64,000 nt of DNA from an uncultured Rhabdochlamydiaceae bacterium (GTDB taxonomy: Bacteria > Chlamydiota > Chlamydiia > Chlamydiales > Rhabdochlamydiaceae), in assembly GCA_963712275.1 (NCBI GenBank), contig CAVQHD010000001.1, forward strand, positions 704,001 through 768,000. Direction: 5' to 3'. Made by a program: the position numbers and the translations under genes. Below are positions 52,701-60,997 of this stretch, piece by piece (the first letter of the stretch is position 1; each line of letters opens with the position of its first letter). Under the pieces are notes generated by a model. The model worked only from the letters and a program-made list of their open reading frames with translations, did no database searches and was not told where the DNA came from.

Positions 52701-54203
52701 AGCAATGACGTAGATTGAATTGATTTTAAAACCGCTAGGAGGCATTGCCTGACCAAGCGTGGAGGGAGAAAAGACGATGAGTCCTAATTTTTTTTCAGAT
52801 GCAGGCAATTTTTGATACGTTTCATAGTCCCAGATTGGGAAGACATTTCTCTGAAGGTCTGGGTGGCGGGGAGCCCAGCTATCGAGTAGAGTGTTGTAGA
52901 GGATGTCGGTTTCTGCTTTCGCGACATGGTAAAGACGAAAGGCAAGGAATGATTGCGCCTCAGGCAAATCATGCAATTTGATCACAAAATGGTGTAGAAA
53001 CGGTTTAATCTTCTCTCCTGATTGACGAGAGAGGGCTGCAATTTCATTAAAAATCAGTTGGTCTAGTCGCTGCTGGTCTAGGCCGAGAAGGTTGTCTCTT
53101 AAATTTTGAATATCCGAGTAAAGGTTGAGGGAGACAGCTGCTTGATTCCAATCGATGGTTAAACTCTCAATAAGTGGATGGCGTCCCTGTAAAGAAAATG
53201 TTTGCTCAGGTCCCATTGGAGTGGACTTTAGGATGGATGCCATGATTTCAAAATCTAGCGGAGACACGCCCCCTGAAAACTCTCCCATGTATTTACGAAC
53301 TAAAGTAGTTGTTTCGGAGAGAACGGTTTCTCGTTTAATCAAAAACTCCAATTTCTGCTGTTTGATAATATCGGCAGACGATCCCTCTTCAAATTTTTCC
53401 TGAGTCAAAGAAATTCGTTCGAGCCGTCCTTGGTCTTTTAAACGATCGAGTGTTGATAACCAAGCATCAATGAACGGACGAGATCCATTGTGTGAAAAAG
53501 AGGCAAAATACCGCTGCCTAATGGAGGGATTTTTTTCAAAGATTTTTGAGACATGAAGCAAATTTTGGCAGGCTTGGACGAGAAGGTCTTGAGCTGCAGC
53601 ATCTTCTGGATGGTTTAGAGCGGATTGAATGAGCGAGCTGTTTTCAGAAGGGTTTCCTAAAGCTGCCCCTAAAAAGATCAGCCGGTCGTTCATCAGAGCT
53701 CGATAAAATTCTGTTGGATGGCCTTGAGCGTCTTTCAGGGCTCCATACTGAAAATAGGCGCTCAGCTCATGAGGCTTAAAATGAATAGGAACGCGTCTTT
53801 TGACCGTGACTGTTTTACTTGTAAATTCTTGATCATGAAGCTGGAGCTCGGCTGGTGAAAATTCGATCAGTCTTCCGGCGCGAGGAAGAAAGCGGCGAAA
53901 TAGGTTTGCTTGCCCAAGATCGTTAAATTTAACCTGCACGAGTTGCGGACTTGCTGCATCGATTTGAATAGAAAGGGGTTTGACCCCAATCAATTTGGAA
54001 AAAGAGTCGATCCAGGCAATCGATTGGCTTTCTAAAGCGTTAACACGATCGGCGATCTGGGTAGCAACCGCTTCTGCCCGTTTCTGGTCAATAGGGGATT
54101 TTAAGGGTTTTGTGTAGAAAAAAATAGTTGGCAGAATGTTATAGACGGTTAAAATAAGTGCGCTGATAATCAAACAAAGATGCCATCGCTTAGGTCGTTC
54201 CAT
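49695..54203 (-). CDS. secDF: Fused protein translocase SecDF with long N-terminal extension
   Basis: GLDLSGG, AVDANVL, GMDFTGG, GYSLNDT. Confidence 0.95.
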   Translation of the reverse strand: MERPKRWHLCLIISALILTVYNILPTIFFYTKPLKSPIDQKRAEAVATQIADRVNALESQSIAWIDSFSKLIGVKPLSIQIDAASPQLVQVKFNDLGQANLFRRFLPRAGRLIEFSPAELQLHDQEFTSKTVTVKRRVPIHFKPHELSAYFQYGALKDAQGHPTEFYRALMNDRLIFLGAALGNPSENSSLIQSALNHPEDAAAQDLLVQACQNLLHVSKIFEKNPSIRQRYFASFSHNGSRPFIDAWLSTLDRLKDQGRLERISLTQEKFEEGSSADIIKQQKLEFLIKRETVLSETTTLVRKYMGEFSGGVSPLDFEIMASILKSTPMGPEQTFSLQGRHPLIESLTIDWNQAAVSLNLYSDIQNLRDNLLGLDQQRLDQLIFNEIAALSRQSGEKIKPFLHHFVIKLHDLPEAQSFLAFRLYHVAKAETDILYNTLLDSWAPRHPDLQRNVFPIWDYETYQKLPASEKKLGLIVFSPSTLGQAMPPSGFKINSIYVIAKGVDKILAQYEASPSGTEESAKEFLQDFNNLRTLLQKNGFIGYSGAAYPIASQFKSDFIFEHEDYYQDLLKATRESFSVHGTKRYALLEFSNFEERILTENKIDNQIHEELLKWRDDYRAARVDLKGAKKFDVPAPTKNVLWDNLKLSFVKYFRGDERKIIRWGLDLSGGKTVQLELRDTHNNLVTNESDIRQGMSELYNRVNKMGVAEVTIRQEGNSIALDFPGSQSLSAAELVKASSMFFHLVNEKFMLSPTLADATHRFLQDVWNEAVVTGKKESEEINTIACRHLYGESSGLEEAVQPRSAAAKTLYDAGLRLAFPQDGGGSSIFDETFSKIGCYRGDDFTDWHGQTHPLLIVFRNYALEGSSLENIRASYDSSKGNFLGFGVQGSSVTKDGAKLTPRDDLQAWTSQFAKEKISGTPLEAYSRGSGWRMAVILNGSVITAPTVDSVLRESASITGSFTQREISRLESDLKAGSLSFTPRILSEKNVSPELGSQERIHGIAATITALILAIGTMIAYYRFGGVVASVAVILNLLIMWATLQNLGATLTLAGIAGIILTVAMAVDANVLVFERIREEFAATGRIASAVHAGYRKALSAIVDSNITTIIAALILLNFDAGPIRGFAITLIIGIISSLFTALFMTRFFFSWWVLNPHHRELKMANLIRSTHFDFLRFTKPTLLVSAIVILVGTCCFISHQKTILGMDFTGGYALTVDLPISSQNNYRAQVEEALSNQGLSSQQFQIRELHPSNQVRIFLSHSLDQKGGPFYQTNAPINTEGYPYEGNAKITWIVQALQASNIQLSPAVLQDLGEHWTSISGQMSQTMQTSAVIGMSIALLCILAYITLRFEFKYAVSATLCLIHDVVFCLCVLALLNVLGLPLQIDLHTVAALMTIVGYSLNDTIIIFDRIREDVQAMRKRSLSEIINHALNVTLSRTLMTSGITLLVLIPLILLGGSTLFGFALVMAIGVVFGTLSSLFIAAPLMQFFHNREQESLSSES

Positions 54204-54280
54204 ATTTTAATCCTGCTAATGTTTGAGTCGTGTTCGGTACAAGAATACCTGAGCTGAATCGCAAACTTCAATGTAAAATT

Positions 54281-54500
54281 CAGGACATAGGAAACTAGAG
54301 CAGATATTTGAAACTTTTATCGAGACAGGCTTATTTCCATTTCTTCACCACAGAGACACAGAGAGGGATGAGATTGCACAGAGTAAAAAAATTTTACTCT
54401 GTGCAATCTCATCCCTCTCTGTGTCTCTGTGGTGAAGAAATGGAAGCAAGTCTGAGTGGGCAAAAGTTTCAAATATCTGTCCCAACTTCCTAATTCCCTG
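54281..54500. mobile_element. Long palindromic element family A, copy 4 (220 bp, 10-bp TSD)
   Basis: CAGG...CCTG ends flanked by ATGTAAAATT at 54271-54280 and 54501-54510. Confidence 0.9.
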
Positions 54501-54581
54501 ATGTAAAATTCACTCGAGCTAGCTCTTATATCCTAGAATTGGTAAATTGAAGCCAGTTTTTAGATTTAAAAAAATATTTTA

Positions 54582-55322
54582 ATGAAAACAGAAGCTACTC
54601 TTTTGGAAACACCGAAATTAGACATGCAGAGCATGCCTGAACATGTTGCCATCATTATGGATGGGAACCGGAGATGGGCAATGACCAAGGGGCTTCCTCC
54701 GGTTGTCGGTCATTGGTATGGGGCTGAAGCGCTGTCTAAAATTGTTGAAGCAGCTGCCTCAATGGGTATCAAGACATTGACGGTGTATGCATTTTCAACT
54801 GAAAATTGGAATAGAGCAGAAGAAGAGGTGAGCTCGCTCATGGAGCTATTTCGGATGTATCTGGTGGCTCAAAAAGATCGAATGGTGCGAGAGGGGGTCC
54901 GTTTCAATACTATTGGAAATGTCGGATCGATGCCGTCTGATATTAAGAAAATTCTTAATGATGTGAGGGAAGCGACGAGACTAGGAGATAAAATAGATCT
55001 TGTTTTAGCTATCAATTATGGGGCCCGAGATGATATTCGTCGTGCAACGGTTTCAATTGTGAGTGACTGTCTGCAAGGGCGCCTGCAAAAAGAGGAAATC
55101 ACGGAGTCGGTGATCTCTCAGTACTTAGATACGGCTTCTTGGAAGCATCCTGAGCTTTTAATTCGAACAAGTGGAGAAAAACGGCTTAGTAATTTTTTAC
55201 TTTGGGAGATTTCTTACGCTGAAGTTTACCTTACCGATGTTTTATGGCCTGACTTTAATGAAGAGGAGTTGACAAAGGCCATCATAGAATTTCAAAGACG
55301 TGTGAGGCGCATTGGATGTTAA
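54582..55322 (+). CDS. uppS: Undecaprenyl diphosphate synthase
   Basis: IMDGNRRWA, FSTENW, IRTSGEKRLSNF. Confidence 0.97.
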   Translation: MKTEATLLETPKLDMQSMPEHVAIIMDGNRRWAMTKGLPPVVGHWYGAEALSKIVEAAASMGIKTLTVYAFSTENWNRAEEEVSSLMELFRMYLVAQKDRMVREGVRFNTIGNVGSMPSDIKKILNDVREATRLGDKIDLVLAINYGARDDIRRATVSIVSDCLQGRLQKEEITESVISQYLDTASWKHPELLIRTSGEKRLSNFLLWEISYAEVYLTDVLWPDFNEEELTKAIIEFQRRVRRIGC

Positions 55323-56161
55323 AAATAAAAAGCAAGAATGAGTTTTACCATCGTTTAATGAGTTCATCGATTGCGATTACAGCTGTAGGTCTTTTGGTGG
55401 GTTTTGCCTATCATCCATGGGTGAATGTTTTACTCGTTTTAACAATTGCGATTCTTACCAGTGTCGGTGTATGGGAGTATGCTAAACTAGCGCAAGCAAA
55501 AGGGATTGAGCCTGCTAAAACGTTGATGGTTGGTGTAGGTGCTATTGAAGTGCTCGCCTTTTACGCGGCAATTGCCTATCCTGAATGGTCTAAGATAACG
55601 CTTCCCATTATGGTATTAGGGTTTATCTCGTTTTTTGTTGCTCATTTCCGAAACGCTGAAAATGCCCTTCTTCATGTCGCCGTCGAATTTTTTGGGGTTT
55701 GCTACGTCTCGATTCCTTTTAGTTTTATGTTGGCGATTTTATATCCTTCTCATGCAGTAGAAGATGGCCGTTTTTGGTTGTTTTACTTAATTGCAGTGAC
55801 AAAAATCACCGATATTGGGGGGTATTTTGTAGGGAAACTTATAGGGAAACATCCACTGGCTCCTCAGCTGAGTCCTCGAAAAACGGTTGAAGGGGCTATT
55901 GGAGGATTTTGTTTTGCGGTTGCCTTAAGCCTCTGTTTTGCTTCGATTGCCAACCTCATGGGATGTCATCTCTCTCTTTTTAATGCAGCATGGTTAGGGA
56001 TAGTAATTGGAGTGCTTGCTCAGGTGGGAGACCTCGCCGAGTCGGTTTTAAAAAGGGATGCTTTAGTCAAAGATAGCAACAAAATTCCAGGAATTGGAGG
56101 CGTGCTAGATATGGTTGATTCTGTTCTTTTGACAGCCCCTATTGTTTATTTTTTTACATGA
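55316..56161 (+). CDS. cdsA: Phosphatidate cytidylyltransferase
   Basis: SPRKTVEG, GDLAESVLKR, VKDS, GGVLD. Confidence 0.95.
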   Translation: MLKIKSKNEFYHRLMSSSIAITAVGLLVGFAYHPWVNVLLVLTIAILTSVGVWEYAKLAQAKGIEPAKTLMVGVGAIEVLAFYAAIAYPEWSKITLPIMVLGFISFFVAHFRNAENALLHVAVEFFGVCYVSIPFSFMLAILYPSHAVEDGRFWLFYLIAVTKITDIGGYFVGKLIGKHPLAPQLSPRKTVEGAIGGFCFAVALSLCFASIANLMGCHLSLFNAAWLGIVIGVLAQVGDLAESVLKRDALVKDSNKIPGIGGVLDMVDSVLLTAPIVYFFT

Positions 56162-57498
56162 TTGTCACAATTGATGGTCCAGCTGGGACTGGCAAAACAA
56201 CGGTTGCTCAAAAGGTTGCTCAAAAGCTGAAGCTCCCTTACTTTGACACGGGAGCCATGTATCGTGCGGTTGCCTACAGTCTCCTCCATGAGAAAATTTC
56301 TCTCTCAGATGAGAGGCGAATCAGTGAATTTTTGTCCGATTTTCAATTTGAGATCCGGTGGACTAGTGGACACTGCCGCTACTCAGCAAATGGGATGGAT
56401 GTCACGGAGGTCATTCGATCGCCAGCTGTGACCAATATTGTATCTGCTGTTTCAGCTCTTCCAGCTGTTCGTGAAGCCCTTTGGAAAATTCAACGTCGTT
56501 TTGCAAGAAGAAACGGAGGAGTATTTGAAGGGCGTGATATGGGGTCAGTCGTTTTTCCTGAGGCAAAGATAAAAATTTTTCTAACAGCTCGCCCTGAAAT
56601 TCGAGCAGAGCGCAGGCTTTCCGAATTAAAAGAAAAACGGCCTGAAGACGTAAAACAGATGACGCAGGAGCAGATGATCCAAGAGCTCTTGAGGCGAGAT
56701 CAGTTAGATTCTTCTCGGATCCTTGCGCCTCTCCAGTGCCCCCCAGATGCTTATCTTGTAGATACCTCAGCGCTCACATTAGATCAGGTTGTGGAGAGAA
56801 TTTTAGAATACTATCAGAAAAAAAGCTTGAAGCCTGCATGGGTCCGTCTCAAAAGAGTTCAACTGTTGTACCGCTTTGTTCTCCTGCTTACCTGGCTTTT
56901 TTGCAAGTTATTTTACCGTTTAAAGATTTACGGTCTTCAACATTTTTATCCACGAGGCGCGATTTTAGCTGCTAATCACGCCTCTTTTCTGGATCCTCCG
57001 ATTGTCGCCGTTTCATGGCCCGAAGAAGTTCATTTTTTAGCGCGGCAGACGCTCTTTCACAATCGATGGTTTGGAAGCTTTATTCGGCGCTTAAATGCCC
57101 ATCCTGTGACAGGAGAACCCGGCGATATTCAGGTTATGAAGACAATCTGCAGACTTTTGGATCAAGGGCATAAGGTTGTTTTATTTCCAGAAGGCACGAG
57201 GTCTGAATCAGGGGAACTTCAGTCTATCAAGCCTGGCATTAGCCTGCTTGTTAGCCGGTCTCAGTCGGCTATTATTCCTGTTTACCTTCATGGAACATAT
57301 GAGATTTGGGGACGAAAGAGAAAATTCCCTCGGTTATTTGGTCGAATTATTTGTGTGTTTGGGTCGCCTATTACCTGGGATTCTGTTGCCGGGATGGGGA
57401 AAAAAGAGGCTCAGCACCTTTTAAATCAAAGACTTGAAGAAGCGTGGCGCAATTTAAAAGCATGGACTCAGAAAGGGGCTATTGGAATTCCTCCTTGA
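56158..57498 (+). CDS. cmk: Fused cytidylate kinase / 1-acyl-G3P acyltransferase
   Basis: N-half DGPAGTGKT, DTGAMYR, EGRDMG; C-half NHASFLD, FPEGTRS. Confidence 0.9.
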   Translation: MIVTIDGPAGTGKTTVAQKVAQKLKLPYFDTGAMYRAVAYSLLHEKISLSDERRISEFLSDFQFEIRWTSGHCRYSANGMDVTEVIRSPAVTNIVSAVSALPAVREALWKIQRRFARRNGGVFEGRDMGSVVFPEAKIKIFLTARPEIRAERRLSELKEKRPEDVKQMTQEQMIQELLRRDQLDSSRILAPLQCPPDAYLVDTSALTLDQVVERILEYYQKKSLKPAWVRLKRVQLLYRFVLLLTWLFCKLFYRLKIYGLQHFYPRGAILAANHASFLDPPIVAVSWPEEVHFLARQTLFHNRWFGSFIRRLNAHPVTGEPGDIQVMKTICRLLDQGHKVVLFPEGTRSESGELQSIKPGISLLVSRSQSAIIPVYLHGTYEIWGRKRKFPRLFGRIICVFGSPITWDSVAGMGKKEAQHLLNQRLEEAWRNLKAWTQKGAIGIPP

Positions 57499-57512
57499 GA
57501 AAAGGGAGAAAA

Positions 57513-57596
57513 TGCGGCCAAGATGATTTGAACATCCACCGAGTTGCCTCGACTAGAACCTGAATCTAGCGCGTCTGCCAGTTCCGCCATGGCCGC
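57513..57596 (-). tRNA. tRNA-Leu (CAG)
   Basis: GCGGCCA acceptor stem, CTAGA-TTCAGGT-TCTAG anticodon arm, long variable arm. Confidence 0.93.
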
Positions 57597-57603
57597 TTTG
57601 TAT

Positions 57604-57659
57604 GAGGGAGCTTGCAAAACTCCGATTTAACCTCCAAAGCGAGTTTTGAGAGCTCCTTC
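57604..57659. mobile_element. Degenerate mini-MITE with IS-like ends, immediately upstream of tRNA-Leu
   Basis: GAGGGAGCTTGCAAAACTC ... GAGTTTTGAGAGCTCCTTC; no clear TSD. Confidence 0.55.
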
Positions 57660-57768
57660 ATAAGAATGAGAATAATACCATTCCTATCCTTTTTCGTTGC
57701 TTGCTTTTTCGTGTTAATTTGGTATAGTTGGGGTCTAAGACAGCTTCTAAGCAGCAGAGAGGATTAGG

Positions 57769-58098
57769 ATGAGCGAGCATATCAAGCATATAACGGAAGA
57801 TCATTTTGAATCGACGATTAAGACAGGGGCGACGCTTGTTGACTTTTATGCAGATTGGTGTGGCCCATGCCGCATGATCACCCCTCACCTTGAATCTTTA
57901 GCAAAAGAACTGCAGGGGCAAGTCACCATTGTAAAAATTGATGTAGACCATGCTCAACGGGTTGCATCTACCTATCAAGTCACTTCAATTCCAACGCTTA
58001 TTCTCTTCCACAATGGAAAAGAAACTGGTCGGATTGTTGGAGTCAGAGACGCAAAGGCGATTAAAGAATTTATCCAGGCGGCTAAGAAGCTGCCTTAA
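57769..58098 (+). CDS. trxA: Thioredoxin
   Basis: DFYADWCGPC. Confidence 0.97.
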   Translation: MSEHIKHITEDHFESTIKTGATLVDFYADWCGPCRMITPHLESLAKELQGQVTIVKIDVDHAQRVASTYQVTSIPTLILFHNGKETGRIVGVRDAKAIKEFIQAAKKLP

Positions 58099-58122
58099 AA
58101 CTTAGGTTTCTAGGACAGTTTC

Positions 58123-58195
58123 TATACTGCGCCCACCCCAAAAGTGTGAATTTTGGCACAGCCGAAATTCACACTTTTGGGGTGGGCGCAGTATA
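58123..58195. mobile_element. 73-bp palindrome with TA ends (MITE-like)
   Basis: Perfect 31-bp arms 58123-58153 / 58165-58195 between convergent genes. Confidence 0.75.
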
Positions 58196-58207
58196 AAAAG
58201 CAGTCCC

Positions 58208-58423
58208 TTATTCATCTGTTAAAGCACGGTATTCCAGCAAATCGCCTGGTTGGCAATCGAGGACTTTACAGATACTTTCAAGAGTAGAGAACCTTAAAGC
58301 TCGGGCCTTCCCTGTTTTTAAAATAGAGAGATTTTGCTCAGTAATTCCAATCGCTTCGGCGAGTTCTTTTGAGCGCATTTTCTTTTTTGCTAAAGCTAGA
58401 TCAAGATTAATAATAATTGGCAT
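58208..58423 (-). CDS. YozG-like Cro/C1 HTH regulator
   Basis: ELAEAIGIT..NLSILKTGKA, CQPGDLL. Confidence 0.9.
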   Translation of the reverse strand: MPIIINLDLALAKKKMRSKELAEAIGITEQNLSILKTGKARALRFSTLESICKVLDCQPGDLLEYRALTDE

Positions 58424-58829
58424 AATTTTTTTTAATTAGACAACACGCTCGTTTGTATAGAAATAAATTTTAGGATACCATATTAACCTATCTGCAATAT
58501 TCTTGGTAGGCAAGAAAAAAATAGATACCCCTCCTTGGCAGAAAGGAAGGTAGGATAGGGATTTTTAAGTGCTGCCAAAAAGCAGATCTCATGTTTCTCA
58601 CTGTCTACCGTCACATCCCGGGTTTTTTTTTGCACTTCAATAGTTCTCGTTTTTGAGGAGTATAGCTAACTCCTTCTTTACAAAAAACCCAGGAATTTAA
58701 AGAGCCATAAGATTAACGATGTGAACGATATAACGATAAGAATGACAGTCTCTAAACCATTCCATGATATTCTTCTTCTAGACGACGCCCTTCTTCTATC
58801 ACTTGGGCAACTAAAATGATAAGAAAAGC

Positions 58830-60404
58830 GAGGGAATTGCAAAACTAGAAACGAAAAAGTGATTTTTCGGGGATAGTGAATGCAAACCGGTTGGCAGGCC
58901 CCGAAAAATCACTTTTTCGATTCCAGTCTCGTAATTTTAGATGTTTTATCCAAAAAATCTTCACTGTGAGAACAAGCGGGAGCCCATTTGATCATTGGCC
59001 AGAAGACTTTTTCACCCTACAGCAAGATTACGTGACCAATTTCATCAATTGGTCGGCTGTCAATACCAACACGCCAAACATAAGATGGCACGCAACCTTA
59101 CTAAGTCCGCGCACCCTGAGTTTGCAAGCACCAAATTCATCTTTCAGACGAGAATTGGTTCGTTCCGCAGCTGTCCTTTCATTATAACGCAGTGTTTCTG
59201 GGAAAATTAAATTCAGAGTTCTTCTTGCAAGACTTTCCGCTTCAAGGTCTTTTTTGAGCTGTTTGTCTGCTCTTGGATTCTTATCGATTAGGGGCTTGTG
59301 TCCGAGAGATTGGCTATGTGCGATAATACCTGGGATGTCGTAAGCGGCATCCATGAGGTCATAGCAGTTGATGATTCTCGTGGCAGTTAAAGTGGCCAGA
59401 GGAATTGCAACCTGACTGTCATGAACTGAAGCTGAAGTAACAATAGCGCTGACAGGGATGCCTCCGTCAATGGTATCTAAATGTAACTTGTAGCCAGTCC
59501 AGTACATTGTATTACCTTTGCTGTCTTTTTTAGCACCTTTGTCGCATGCTGTCGGTAAATCAGCCAGCATTTCTTCTAGCGTCATCGTTTTTTGTCTGTC
59601 TATGCGCGTAGGTTCGGGTTTGGCTCGTTTTTGGCCTTTTTTAGGGCGACCTTTTTTCTTTGGCTCCAATTCCTGATCCGGATCTTCACTGTTTTGCGTT
59701 GCCTTGTTCTTAGTTTTGGTTTGCGGCCGTTCTCGAGCCTCGATTGCGGTTGAATCGCGTGAATTATGCAAAACGACTTCGTTTTTCAATGTCTTTACAA
59801 TCAGCGCCTCATGTGCGCGCTGAGGAAGCCCTGTTTTAGCAAACTCAGTGAAGGCTCTAGAAAAAGTAGCCTCACTAGGCAGTTCAGACAGAGATTCCCA
59901 CCCACAAATACGTCGTAGGTTTTTATCGCTTTTCAAGCGATCAATCAAAAATGTTGTCGTATCGAGATTGTATACCATTTTAACAACGAATGATCTGGCA
60001 ATTGCTGAACGTGTTTTTTGTGGGCGGCCCTCACATCCGTAATAGCAAGGAAGAAAGTCTTCGATGCGTACCACTTCCAAAATAGAAACCAATTGTTGCT
60101 GCTTTTCTGTCAGTGGATCGAGCTCTTCTTCTAACCAAGCGAAAAGAGAGCCTTGAATTTTTTCCCAATATTTTGATAAAGTGTCTGTCAGCTGACCCAC
60201 GTGGTTTGCTCCTTGCTCTGATGTGATTGTTTGTCAGAAAGCTAATTATATCAGACGCAAGGTGTTTGTTAAAAGTGACTTGTGGTTGAAAATCGCAACG
60301 CTATTACAGAAATGACGAAAGGGAAGACTTTTTCGGAGTTGCTGTAGGTTTTGCTAAAACGGACCCGAAAAAGTCTTCCCTTTCGTTAGTTTTGCAATTC
60401 CCTC
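58830..60404 (-). mobile_element. Insertion sequence, 1575 bp, copy 2 (inverted)
   Basis: Same TIRs as copy 1; AAGC target duplication. Confidence 0.95.
59028..60200 (-). CDS. DDE transposase
   Basis: Protein identical to that of 36315-37487. Confidence 0.93.
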   Translation of the reverse strand: MGQLTDTLSKYWEKIQGSLFAWLEEELDPLTEKQQQLVSILEVVRIEDFLPCYYGCEGRPQKTRSAIARSFVVKMVYNLDTTTFLIDRLKSDKNLRRICGWESLSELPSEATFSRAFTEFAKTGLPQRAHEALIVKTLKNEVVLHNSRDSTAIEARERPQTKTKNKATQNSEDPDQELEPKKKGRPKKGQKRAKPEPTRIDRQKTMTLEEMLADLPTACDKGAKKDSKGNTMYWTGYKLHLDTIDGGIPVSAIVTSASVHDSQVAIPLATLTATRIINCYDLMDAAYDIPGIIAHSQSLGHKPLIDKNPRADKQLKKDLEAESLARRTLNLIFPETLRYNERTAAERTNSRLKDEFGACKLRVRGLSKVACHLMFGVLVLTADQLMKLVT

Positions 60405-60997
60405 AAGCAAGAAACAAATTTTCTACCTCGATTAAATTGGCTGTTGGAATTGTGAGTTTTTGCCCTGGCAAGATCAGAATATAATTACGTATGACAATAT
60501 AAAAAGGATGGATGAGCTGGCTGAAGAGGAGAATATATCCAATTTGGCGGATGTAACAGACCGTATTTTTCGTGAAGAATTGAAGCTTTTCATAGAGCTG
60601 AAATAGCTTTATCAAAATCAAGAAAATCGCGAAGAAAAAAGAGTTCTGGACTAAATCAATTAAAAAACCAACTATTTTGAGATGCAGTGGTAAGTGATTG
60701 AGTGAAAGAGTGGAAAATTCGATATCCCGTTTTGTTATGACCAGCTGTCTAATCCACAGATCATCATAAATCCAAAACATCGCAGTGGAAAGAAGAGAAC
60801 AGAAAATTCCTATTATGCAGGCAAATTTCAATAATCGACTAAAAAGCTGGATTTTCTGACTATTTTTCATAAACCTCTCTGAACAGCGCAAATTCTCCCC
60901 TAAGCTTAGAGGGAGCATCTTTTTTGGAGTATTATCGAAAGAAATGAATTTTTTATCAACAATCAATCATAAAGAGGTAGGAAAAAACGTTAGTTTT

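Larger units (their letters stand above)
58752..60966 (-). pseudogene. DUF2975-like membrane protein gene split by IS copy 2
   Basis: Removing the IS and one AAGC joins ...NLFLA to FLIILVAQVIEEGRRLEEEYHGMV, stop at 58752; upstream of YozG-like HTH. Confidence 0.85.

Noticed and set aside
26574..54500. CRISPR array interpretation of the repeats
   Set aside because: Copies are dispersed kilobases apart, there is no repeat-spacer periodicity and no cas gene in the window.
36111..60404. Composite transposon bounded by the two IS copies
   Set aside because: Each copy has its own TSD and the interval holds core housekeeping genes.
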